A stretch of DNA of 64,000 bases from Deferribacterales bacterium (GTDB taxonomy: Bacteria > Chrysiogenota > Deferribacteres > Deferribacterales > Geovibrionaceae): the NCBI GenBank assembly GCA_050251875.1, contig JBFWMA010000004.1:230071-294070 (forward strand), written 5' to 3'. The stretch's first letter is position 1; each line of letters opens with the position of its first letter. Made by a program: the position numbers and the translations under genes. This document shows positions 1-8,435 of the stretch, one piece after another. Under the pieces are notes generated by a model, which did no database searches, had not been told where the DNA came from, and was given only the letters and a program-made list of their open reading frames with translations.

Positions 1-1349
1 ATGTGGATCTCTTCGCCAATCAGTCCTCTGGGATATCCTGAGCCGTCCCAGTATTCGTGGTGTTCTCTGGCTATTATGGCGCTGGTTTTCAGCATGGTTC
101 TGCTGGAGGCTTTCAGCATGTTGTAGCCTATGTCGGTGTGGGTCTTCATGACAACCCGCTCATCATCAGACAGCTTGTCCGGTTTCAGCAGGATGGAATC
201 GGCTATGCCGATCTTGCCTATGTCGTGCATGGGGGACGCCATTTTATACAGCTCCGCTTCCTCCACGGGAAGCCCCAGAGCGCGGGCTATGGTGTATGTG
301 TATTCCGCCACACGCTTAACGTGAAAGGCGGTCTCTTTCGATCTGCTCTCCACCACCTCGCCCAGTCGGTATATGATGTCTATCTGGGTGTCGGTGATCT
401 CTTTGTTCAGAATCACGTTGTCGAAGGCGATTCCGGCGTTGTGGTTAAATAGGGTCAGCAGGCTCTCTATGGCTGTTTCATTCTCCTGACGGCAGTTCTC
501 CACGAAGAGCAGGTGTATCCTGTCTTTCATAGTGGGGAAGTATCCCACATAGTGTTTTCCGATGAAACCGCTCTGTCCGTTCTCCACTGCCTGTTTCAGA
601 AAAGGGATCACCTCAACGGGGATCGGTTTGCAGTCGTCCATTATTCCGCCTGTGCAGCTTTCGAAACGTCCTGTGGCGGCTATGATCTCATATTCGTTAT
701 TATTCTTCTGAGACGCCGTAAAGCCGGATGTGCTTATATAATACGAGTTTTCGAGCCCCAGAAGCGAAATGACCTGTGTCAGAACACCCTGAGCCAGATG
801 CTCTATGTTCTGTCTCTTAAACAGGTTAGCAGTGGACTCGATGATATTCTGGAGACCGTCTCTGTTTCTGTTTATGATGTTCAGGTCTCTGAAAGACCTG
901 AGAGCGGAATACATACAGGTGAAGAGCTGCTGGCTGGTGAGCTCCGCCTTGTTCTTGTAGTCGTTGATGTCGTATTCGGCGATCACCTTGCGCTCGGGAG
1001 CCTCGCCGGGCTGTCCTGTGCGCAGGATGATACGGATGAATTTATTATTCAGCTCGTTTCTGATGATGTTGGCGAGATTCAGCCCCGCATGGTTGCTCTC
1101 CATCACCACATCCAGAAGCACCACGGAGAAATCGTTCTCCTCTTTCAGCAGTCTGTACGCCTCGTCTGCGGTGTAGGCGCTGGTGAATCTGAGTCTTTTT
1201 CCCTCAAACTCGAAATCGTCCAGAACCATCCGGGTGGTGGTGTGGATATCTTCTTCGTCATCCACTATAAGAACATGCCAGAAATTGTCCTTCTCCGGTT
1301 CTTTCCCGGGTTCTTCGTCTGCGAATACAAGCAGGTCGTTATTATCCAT
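1..1349 (-). CDS. Response regulator with HD-GYP c-di-GMP phosphodiesterase domain (3' end runs off the window)
   Basis: Not in the ORF track. Manual minus-strand translation from ATG at 1349 gives MDNNDLLVFADEE...HVLIVDDEEDIH (receiver), later SPMHDIGKIG and HHEYWDGSGYP (HD-GYP motifs). Overlaps the stop of the upstream kinase. Confidence 0.9.
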   Translation of the reverse strand, partial: MDNNDLLVFADEEPGKEPEKDNFWHVLIVDDEEDIHTTTRMVLDDFEFEGKRLRFTSAYTADEAYRLLKEENDFSVVLLDVVMESNHAGLNLANIIRNELNNKFIRIILRTGQPGEAPERKVIAEYDINDYKNKAELTSQQLFTCMYSALRSFRDLNIINRNRDGLQNIIESTANLFKRQNIEHLAQGVLTQVISLLGLENSYYISTSGFTASQKNNNEYEIIAATGRFESCTGGIMDDCKPIPVEVIPFLKQAVENGQSGFIGKHYVGYFPTMKDRIHLLFVENCRQENETAIESLLTLFNHNAGIAFDNVILNKEITDTQIDIIYRLGEVVESRSKETAFHVKRVAEYTYTIARALGLPVEEAELYKMASPMHDIGKIGIADSILLKPDKLSDDERVVMKTHTDIGYNMLKASSRTMLKTSAIIAREHHEYWDGSGYPRGLIGEEIH

Positions 1350-2895
1350 TATGTTTCTCATGATTTAATTCTCCCGGAAGGGTGATAATAAACACTGAGC
1401 CTTTGCCCTCTTCGCTGGATACAAATATTGTTCCGCCCAGTTTTCTGGTAACGAGGTTGTATACAACGTTCATGCCCAGACCGGACCCTCCGTTATTCCT
1501 TTTTGTTGTGTAAAAAGGTTCGTAGATCCTGTTCAGCTGTTCCTGTGTCATGCCGTGACCGTTATCCGCAAAGACGATGGTGATGTCTTTGCCGTCGGTT
1601 TTGACATCTATGCTTATTTTTCCCTGTTCAGTATCCTCGAACCCGTGTATGAGGCTGTTCATTATCAGGTTGGAGAATATCTGCATGAACGCCCCCGGAT
1701 ATGAGTTGATAATCAGCTCTTCCGGAGCGTTTATCGTTATCTGGTGTCTGGTGGTCTTCAGCTTGGGGCGCAGACTCATCAGTATGTCGCCCAGATAGTG
1801 CTTCAGATTGAATTCTCTGCGCATCTCGCTGGACTGATCCACCGCCACCTGTTTAAAACTTTTTATCAGATTCGCCGCTCTCAGCAGGTTCACGGTTATA
1901 TTTCTGACGGATTCCTCAGAGAGATCGAGGAATTTGTCCAGATCGCTCTTTTTCATACTCCCGGATTCATATGCGGACTTCAGCTCCTTCAGCTTGTCTT
2001 CCAGAAAGGTAGCGGAAGTGACGCCTATCCCTATGGGCGTGTTTATCTCGTGGGCGACACCGGCGACAAGATTTCCCAGGGACGCCATCTTTTCCGATTC
2101 GATCAGCTGGCTCTGGGTCTTTTTAAGATTGTCCAGAGACGCCTCAAGATCGTTGGTGCGTTCCCGCACCTTGTCTTCCAGCTTTTCGTTCAGCAGGCGG
2201 AGCTGGTGTTCGCTCAGCATCAGGCTTCTGTTGGTTCTGAAGGCGGAATAGATGACATATCCGGACAGCAGGAGTATGAACACGAATACCATCATGGTAT
2301 ATGTGAGCAGTTTTCCCGCCTGGGCGCTGACCTCAGCGTCCAGATCCTCCATATATACGCCTGTGCCTATGATCCAGTGCCACTGGGGAAATCTCTTCAC
2401 AAAAGAGATTTTCGGGACTATGTGCGTGCTGTCGTCCTTCCACTGCCACATATATTCCGTGAAACCTTCGCCATCGTTCTCTGTAACCTTCACCATATCC
2501 ATGAAAAGGTGCTGTCCGGCAGGATCGGCGAAACCTTTCAGATCTTTTCCGTTGAGATCAGGGCGGTAGGGGTGCATAACCATCTTGGGCTCATAGTCGG
2601 TTATCCAAAAATAATCTTTGGTCTCCGGACCGAATCTGATATCGGCTATCAGGTCTATTGCCTGCTGTTTTGCCTCGTTTTCGGTCATTTTTCCGGAGGC
2701 GTAGAGCATATAGTTATGGCGGGCGATATCCACCGCCGCCTGTGTCAGGTCTCTTATCTGTTCTTTTTTCTGAACCAGCAGACGGGTTTTTATCTCCGGC
2801 ATATGCACGCCGAATATTATAAAGATAAAAAGCGCCATTGAGGCTGTGATGGGGAGAATAACTTTGATCCATACAGGCACTTTTGAAATAGTCAT
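1342..2895 (-). CDS. Membrane sensor histidine kinase with periplasmic Cache domain
   Basis: Two TM segments flank a Cache-like region (YFWITD...MVMHP...W..IIGTGVY). H-box AHEINTP, N-box NLIMNS, G1 DNGHG, G2 GSGLG. Confidence 0.92.
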   Translation of the reverse strand: MTISKVPVWIKVILPITASMALFIFIIFGVHMPEIKTRLLVQKKEQIRDLTQAAVDIARHNYMLYASGKMTENEAKQQAIDLIADIRFGPETKDYFWITDYEPKMVMHPYRPDLNGKDLKGFADPAGQHLFMDMVKVTENDGEGFTEYMWQWKDDSTHIVPKISFVKRFPQWHWIIGTGVYMEDLDAEVSAQAGKLLTYTMMVFVFILLLSGYVIYSAFRTNRSLMLSEHQLRLLNEKLEDKVRERTNDLEASLDNLKKTQSQLIESEKMASLGNLVAGVAHEINTPIGIGVTSATFLEDKLKELKSAYESGSMKKSDLDKFLDLSEESVRNITVNLLRAANLIKSFKQVAVDQSSEMRREFNLKHYLGDILMSLRPKLKTTRHQITINAPEELIINSYPGAFMQIFSNLIMNSLIHGFEDTEQGKISIDVKTDGKDITIVFADNGHGMTQEQLNRIYEPFYTTKRNNGGSGLGMNVVYNLVTRKLGGTIFVSSEEGKGSVFIITLPGELNHEKHNG

Positions 2896-3090
2896 AATAC
2901 GCTCCGCAGTTAAATAATAATGAAATGAGAGGATGATTTGGATTTATAGAACAACATCAATCATTTTTACTCATATCTATATTTATTAACCCGATAATGA
3001 ATTTGTGTATAGTGTAACGTCTGATTAATAATATATGATGGTTTTACGGTTTGTCTATGCGATTTTTAAGATAAAAAAAGACCGGAAACA

Positions 3091-3116
3091 AAAAAGCCCC
3101 TCTGTGAAGAGGGGCT
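3091..3116 (-). terminator. Intrinsic terminator after argJ
   Basis: AGCCCCTCT/AGAGGGGCT inverted repeat with an A-tract on + (U-tract on -), just past the argJ stop. Confidence 0.75.
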
Positions 3117-3128
3117 GTAGGCTTAATT

Positions 3129-4328
3129 TCAGCTTCTGTAGTCGGCGTTTATAGCTATGTACTCTCTGCTTAAGTCACAGGTGTAAACCATCGCCTCTCC
3201 TTTACCCATGTTCAGATCGAGTGTGATGGAAATCTCCGCCTGTTTCATTATCTCGGCGGCTTTTGACTCCATCTTTTCGTCTATTATGAGCCCGTTTTTC
3301 ACATAGAGCAGATCTTCGAAATAAAGGTCTGTCTGCGACTCGTCCGCCTTCACCTGGCTGGCGCCCACACAGGCGAGCAGTCTGCCCCAGTTGGGGTCTT
3401 CGCCGTGGAACATGGTTTTCACCAGAGGCGAATTGGCTATCAGGAAAGCACATTTTTTAGCGTCTTCGTCACTGTCAGCGCCTTTCACGTTTACAGTGAT
3501 GAATTTGGTGGCGCCTTCGCCGTCTTTCACTATAGCTTTTGCCAGTTCCAGCGCAACAAGGTTGACCGCCTCCTGAAGCTCGTTCTGGTTGGGGATTATT
3601 CCGCTCATGCCGTTAGCCATCAGAAAAACGGTGTCGTTTGTGCTCATGTCGTTGTCCACTGTGATGCTGTTGAAAGAACTGTTCACGGCTGTTTCCAGCA
3701 CAGTCTGAAGATTCTTGTCGCTCACAACAGCGTCTGTGGTGATGTAGCAGAGCATGGTAGCCATGTTGGGGGCGATCATTCCGGCGCCTTTCGCCGCTCC
3801 AGCCACCACATAGGCTCCGTTCTTGGTCTCCACCAGCACACCGCACTGTTTTGGGAATGTATCAGTGGTGAGAATGGCTTCGGCGAACAGGTCGGAGTTG
3901 CCGTCATCCAGCTCGTCCACCAGAGTTTCTATATGTTTTTTCATCCTTTCCACCGGGAGCTGAACCCCGATGGTTCCTGTGGATGACATCAGCACTTTGT
4001 TATGGTCTATGTCCAGAGCGTCCGCCACGGCGGATGTCAGCTCCACGCATGCGTCTATGCCCTGCTGACCTGTGCAGGCGTTGGCGTTTCCGCTGTTCAC
4101 CAGCACCGCCTGATATTCCTTATTGATCTTCAGCGCCTCTATGGCGTGTCTGACGGGGGCTGCCTTGAAGGTGTTCTTGGTGAACACTCCCGCCATTTTG
4201 AAGGGTGTTTCGGAATAGATGAGGCACATGTCGTTTTTCTCTTTGCCTTTGCCTTTCACATCGGCGTTAAGAGCTGAGGCGAGAAATCCTAAAGGGGCGC
4301 ATACCCCTGCTTTATTTATCTTCTGCAT
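3129..4328 (-). CDS. argJ: Glutamate N-acetyltransferase / amino-acid acetyltransferase
   Basis: NSGNANA, TTDT, KGAGMIAPNMATML, STND, DGEGATK, DPNWGR motifs. Start moved to ATG 4328 (MQKINK). Confidence 0.95.
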   Translation of the reverse strand: MQKINKAGVCAPLGFLASALNADVKGKGKEKNDMCLIYSETPFKMAGVFTKNTFKAAPVRHAIEALKINKEYQAVLVNSGNANACTGQQGIDACVELTSAVADALDIDHNKVLMSSTGTIGVQLPVERMKKHIETLVDELDDGNSDLFAEAILTTDTFPKQCGVLVETKNGAYVVAGAAKGAGMIAPNMATMLCYITTDAVVSDKNLQTVLETAVNSSFNSITVDNDMSTNDTVFLMANGMSGIIPNQNELQEAVNLVALELAKAIVKDGEGATKFITVNVKGADSDEDAKKCAFLIANSPLVKTMFHGEDPNWGRLLACVGASQVKADESQTDLYFEDLLYVKNGLIIDEKMESKAAEIMKQAEISITLDLNMGKGEAMVYTCDLSREYIAINADYRS

Positions 4329-4400
4329 TTTAAAATCTCCGTTTGCGGCACGGTGTAAGACCGAGCCCAGAATGTAGGGCGGCATTTCATATGCCGCTTC

Positions 4401-4435
4401 TTATATTATACCAGCTGTTTCGTCCAGTCCGCACA
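4401..4435 (-). pseudogene. Displaced duplicate of the argC 3' end (CGLDETAGII*)
   Basis: Minus strand 4433-4401 reads TGC GGA CTG GAC GAA ACA GCT GGT ATA ATA TAA, the same peptide as the last 10 codons of argC. Confidence 0.9.
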
Positions 4436-4446
4436 AATTGGTTTTA

Positions 4447-4575
4447 CATCAATTCCCCGTCCTGAGGGAATTGATGATACCGCTTTATTCAGGCAAAGCC
4501 TTCATTTCGCTTACTCTCCAATCGCTTAACAGGCTAAGCCTGTTTCACTAATTCCGAGAGATTCATCCTGAATCT
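4447..4575 (+). repeat. Multi-hairpin dispersed repeat, family A, copy 1
   Basis: CATCAATTCCC-CGTCCTGA-GGGAATTGATG, GATACCG, GGCAAAGCC, AACAGGC-TAA-GCCTGTT, GATTCA-TCC-TGAATC. Homologous to copies at 5.8, 20.4 and 31.4 kb. Confidence 0.8.
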
Positions 4576-5578
4576 AAATAATACCTGCTGTTTCATCTAA
4601 TCCGCACATCAGGTTCAGGTTTTGCACGGCGACACCGCTGGATCCCTTTATCAGGTTGTCGATGGCGGAGACTATTATCAGTTTTCCGTCTTTTTCGAAT
4701 ACGGATATATCGATAAAGTTAGTGTCCACCACATCCTTCAGCGAAGGGATATGACCGTTGTCGTAAATTCTTACGAACCGACGGTCTTTATAAAAATCTT
4801 TCATACAGGCGGCGATCTCGCCCGCTGTTCTGTCGGTTCGGGCGTAGAGTGTTGTCTCTATGCCTTTGTTCACCGGCAGAAGGTGCGCAGTGAAGAGCAC
4901 GTCAGCCTTTTTGCCTGTCCTTTCCAGAATATGGTTCATCTCGGGGTTGTGTCTGTGACCGAAGATGTTATAGGGTCTGAAATCTTCGTTCACCTCGCAG
5001 AACGACAGAGAAAGATCGGCTTTTCTGCCCGCTCCGGACACGCCGGATTTTGAATCCGCGATTATGTATGTTTCGTCTATCAGCCCAGCCTTGATTACGG
5101 GGAAGAGGGGCATGATCACCGTTGTGGGATAGCACCCGGGGTTGGCTGTCATGGTGGCGTTCTTCACCTCTTCGGTGAATATTTCGGGCATGCCGTATGC
5201 CGCCTGAGCCAGAAGATCGGGGAAGACGTGTTCTGTTTTATACACTTTTTCATACAGAGCCTTGTCCTTGATCCTGAAATCCGCTGAGAGATCCACCACT
5301 TTCAGCCCTTTTGAGTGAAAGAAGTGCGCCGCCTGCTGTGCCGCCGCATGGGGCAGACAGAGGAAAACAGCGTCAGACTGTTTTGCCACGGCTTCATAGT
5401 CCCTGCCCATTATCACTGTGTCGCAGAGATTTCTGAACACGGGGTAAACCTCGCTGAAAGCCTTTCCCTCGTAGGTTTCGCTGACAAGACACCCAATCTC
5501 GAATCGGGGGTGTCTGACCAGAATTTTGATCAGTTCATAGCCTGTGTAGCCTGTTGCTCCGATTACAGAAACTTTCAT
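4574..5578 (-). CDS. argC: N-acetyl-gamma-glutamyl-phosphate reductase
   Basis: GATGYTG, DLSADFR, NPGCYPT, SGVSGAGR, DNLIKG motifs. Confidence 0.97.
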   Translation of the reverse strand: MKVSVIGATGYTGYELIKILVRHPRFEIGCLVSETYEGKAFSEVYPVFRNLCDTVIMGRDYEAVAKQSDAVFLCLPHAAAQQAAHFFHSKGLKVVDLSADFRIKDKALYEKVYKTEHVFPDLLAQAAYGMPEIFTEEVKNATMTANPGCYPTTVIMPLFPVIKAGLIDETYIIADSKSGVSGAGRKADLSLSFCEVNEDFRPYNIFGHRHNPEMNHILERTGKKADVLFTAHLLPVNKGIETTLYARTDRTAGEIAACMKDFYKDRRFVRIYDNGHIPSLKDVVDTNFIDISVFEKDGKLIIVSAIDNLIKGSSGVAVQNLNLMCGLDETAGII

Positions 5579-5678
5579 AGCACCCTCCGTTTATAAAATT
5601 GGTGGATAAACATAGAACAAATAGCATGGAAAATCAAAGAAAATATATGTCAGATTGTAGAAAATATGAAAAAAGAAG

Positions 5679-5758
5679 CCTCCCTTTGACAAAGGGAGGT
5701 TTGGAGGGATTTTTTAATATAGAGAAGAAATCCACCCTGACCCTCCTAAAGAGGGAGG
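5679..5758. repeat. REP-like palindromic repeat, family B, copy 1
   Basis: CCTCCCTTTnnnAAAGGGAGG...GGGATTT...AAATC.. arrangement, similar to 11370-11449. Confidence 0.7.
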
Positions 5759-5772
5759 AATTACCGAAACAG

Positions 5773-5800
5773 AAAAGCCGGAGTTTATCTCCGGCTTTTT
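5773..5800 (-). terminator. Intrinsic terminator of the hydrogenase-MCP operon
   Basis: AAAAGCCGGAG/CTCCGGCTTTT hairpin. Confidence 0.75.
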
Positions 5801-5807
5801 GTAGTAG

Positions 5808-5880
5808 TGTGAGTGAAGCACTGGCTTCCGCCTGTGCGCAGCGTCATCAGAAATTCTCCATGGACGGAAGAATTTCTGCA
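5808..5880 (-). repeat. Family A repeat, partial copy
   Basis: Minus strand CAGAAATTCT-TCCGTCCATGG-AGAATTTCTG, then GGCGGAAGCC and TTCACTCAC. Lies between the MCP stop and the terminator. Confidence 0.65.
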
Positions 5881-5883
5881 AAA

Positions 5884-7470
5884 TTAACTGGTCTTAAACT
5901 TATCGGCGATGTGCTTCATGTTGGAGCTTTTGTCTCTCAGGTTTTTAGATGTCTCTGAGATGCGTCCGGAAACCTCGCCTGTGTGTCCCATGTTTGAGTT
6001 CACCGTCTCTATACTGCCCAGTGTCAGTTCCAGAGCGGAGATACTCTCTGTCAGCATGTGGCTCAGGTTGGTTATGCTTCCTGTGATATCTTCCATGGTT
6101 CTGTCCACCTCTCTGGTGAACTGGGTTATGTCGGATATACCCTGATTCATGCTCTCTGCGTGCTCTTTGTTATTGCTGATTTCCGAAACAATGCCGGAGA
6201 TGATGCGTGTGTTGTCGGTTACGATGGACTTGATGTCGTTTGTGGCGCTGGTGGTTCTCTCCGCCAGCTTTCTGATCTCGTCCGCCACCACAGCAAAACC
6301 TCTTCCCGCTTCGCCCGCTCTGGCAGCCTCGATGGCGGCGTTAAGCGCCAGAAGGTTGGTCTGGTCGGCTATTTCGGTAATCAGGTTGGTGATGTTGTTG
6401 ATATCGTTTGACCTCTGCTCCAGATCGGTTACTGTTTTGCTGAGGTTGTCCACAGACCCTGTCATCTCGTTTATCATTCCGGTGATCGCCATAACGTTGC
6501 TGAGCGACTGGGAGATAGTTTTCTTTTTGCTGTTCACGCTCTCTGTGAGATTTGTCAGGTTAGTGATGTTCTCGTTCAGTGTGCATGAAACCTGCTCGGA
6601 TGATGATGAGATAGTCATGATGTTGGATACGTTCTCCTGAACAGACTCGTTGATTGTGTTCAGGTCGGACTGTATCTGTCCTATCTCGCCGTCAACATCC
6701 GCTATATGCTCTTTCAGATCGGCTATCATTCCTCTGAGGTGGGCTATGAAGTTGTTGATTTTGGTGCGGAGTATGCCTATTTCGTCAGGTCCTCTCACGG
6801 AGAGCTGGATGGTAAGGTCTCCCTCGCCTGTGCAGAGGTTGTCCAGAACCTCGTTGGCTCTCTCCAGTCTGCTGAAAACCAGCTTCTGAATCACGATAAC
6901 CACCAGAACCATAACGGCGAGTCCGGCGAGAATCAGCAGTATGTTGTTGATTGCGGAGGCTCTCGTGATGGCGGTTTTGGCGGATGAATCCAGTGACGCT
7001 TTATAGAAAGAGTTAACGCCGCCCTCTGCCCAGTCTCTGTGACAGCGCAGACAGTATTGCGCCGTAACCACCGGATAGTAGAAGGTGGTAATGCCGTTGC
7101 GCTCTATCACGGTCTCTTTGTCCTGAGCCACGCCGGACAGATCCACCGTGGTGTCCACATTGGCGGGGTCGGAGGAGTATTTAACATTGCCTTCGGGAGT
7201 GATGAGAGAGAATTCCTTCACCAGATCATATTCGCCTATCTCTGCCAGAACTTCGCTGAAGAGCGTCATGTTGCCTTTTTTCAGCGAGTCATATGTGGAC
7301 ATGAAGATCATCTCTTTCAGATAGTCCATATAGTGGTTCAGAGTGTTTTTTGTGAGGCTGTTTTTTCTGTAGTCCAGAACCATCAGCAGAATACCGAAGA
7401 CCATAAGCGGGACAATAATATATACAGCCGCTTTGAGTTTTATGGAGTGTTTAAGGTTATCTAGTTTCAC
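5884..7470 (-). CDS. Methyl-accepting chemotaxis protein with periplasmic heme-c (CxxCH) sensor domain
   Basis: Two TMs flank a domain with CLRCH, followed by HAMP and the signalling hairpin [37 protein letters not shown]. Likely GTG start at 7470 with GGAG upstream. Confidence 0.93.
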   Translation of the reverse strand: MKLDNLKHSIKLKAAVYIIVPLMVFGILLMVLDYRKNSLTKNTLNHYMDYLKEMIFMSTYDSLKKGNMTLFSEVLAEIGEYDLVKEFSLITPEGNVKYSSDPANVDTTVDLSGVAQDKETVIERNGITTFYYPVVTAQYCLRCHRDWAEGGVNSFYKASLDSSAKTAITRASAINNILLILAGLAVMVLVVIVIQKLVFSRLERANEVLDNLCTGEGDLTIQLSVRGPDEIGILRTKINNFIAHLRGMIADLKEHIADVDGEIGQIQSDLNTINESVQENVSNIMTISSSSEQVSCTLNENITNLTNLTESVNSKKKTISQSLSNVMAITGMINEMTGSVDNLSKTVTDLEQRSNDINNITNLITEIADQTNLLALNAAIEAARAGEAGRGFAVVADEIRKLAERTTSATNDIKSIVTDNTRIISGIVSEISNNKEHAESMNQGISDITQFTREVDRTMEDITGSITNLSHMLTESISALELTLGSIETVNSNMGHTGEVSGRISETSKNLRDKSSNMKHIADKFKTS

Positions 7471-7472
7471 GG

Positions 7473-8423
7473 CTATTTCTCCATCTGTTTTTTCATTTCG
7501 GACCATGTCATATCTTTAAATGATTCCTCTTCCAGATACAGAGCGGTTTTGAAAGGAAAATCCTTATGTATGCATCCGATACAGGGGGTGTTGCTCTCTA
7601 TGCACACGTTAACCTTGCCGTTCCAGCGTCTGGTGGGGCAGTCGGAATAGGTGACGGGACCACGGCAGCCGTTTTTAAGGAGACAGTTGAGCTTCTCCTT
7701 TTCAAAATTCTTTGTGTAGTGTCCCTGGTTGAACGCCTGATATCTTCCGCACTGGTTGTGAATCAGGTCGGGATAATATTTTTTCGGAACTCCGCCGGAC
7801 AGCTCGGGTATCTTGCCTGTGGCGACTATGTATGCCACTGTGCCCAGAAGCCTGTCGGGGTTGATGGGACAGCCGGGGATTTTTATCAGGGGTTTGTTCA
7901 CTCCCTGACGCTTCATGTAGGTGTCTATGGGGATGGCGCCTGTTACGTTCTGGTTGGAGGCGGGGATGCCCCCGTAGCAGGCGCATGTGCCGGACGCCAC
8001 GATGGCGGCGGCTTTTTTCATCAGTTTATGCAGATAGTCGTACATGGGCTCATCGTTGAATATGCACGCCTCTTTCATCCCGGCGGGTACTGATCCTTCA
8101 CACACGAGATAGAAAGGACCGGAGTTGGATACTTCCTCGATGGATTTCATGTAGTCATGACCCTGAGAGAACGACAGGTTAGGATGCACCTGAAGCCTGA
8201 CGATGTTGCTGATGAAATCTATAAAATCCTCTTCGTTTCCGTATGTGGCGGATATACTGCATCCTGTACAGCACTGAGACTGTATGAAGATGAGCTGGGG
8301 ACGCTGTGACTCAGACAGACGTGTGAACCCTTCCGCTATCTCGTTGGTGAACACGCATGAGCCGAACACCAGTGTGGATACTTTGGCGCAGTTTTCCAGA
8401 AACTGCCTTCTGTTCATTTTCAT
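7473..8423 (-). CDS. [NiFe]-hydrogenase small subunit with Tat signal
   Basis: NRRQFL twin-arginine; FeS motifs [40 protein letters not shown]. Confidence 0.93.
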   Translation of the reverse strand: MKMNRRQFLENCAKVSTLVFGSCVFTNEIAEGFTRLSESQRPQLIFIQSQCCTGCSISATYGNEEDFIDFISNIVRLQVHPNLSFSQGHDYMKSIEEVSNSGPFYLVCEGSVPAGMKEACIFNDEPMYDYLHKLMKKAAAIVASGTCACYGGIPASNQNVTGAIPIDTYMKRQGVNKPLIKIPGCPINPDRLLGTVAYIVATGKIPELSGGVPKKYYPDLIHNQCGRYQAFNQGHYTKNFEKEKLNCLLKNGCRGPVTYSDCPTRRWNGKVNVCIESNTPCIGCIHKDFPFKTALYLEEESFKDMTWSEMKKQMEK

Positions 8424-8435
8424 GATAGTTCTCCC

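Noticed and set aside
57..1385. Long plus-strand ORFs (57-452, 513-1385) and other antisense ORFs such as 47232-48794, 49606-50796 and 59103-60296
   Set aside because: Shadows of real genes on the opposite strand; no motifs of their own.
4488..4502. c-di-GMP-I riboswitch suggested by GGCAAAGCC
   Set aside because: The rest of the aptamer is absent, and the copies lie downstream of genes in either orientation.
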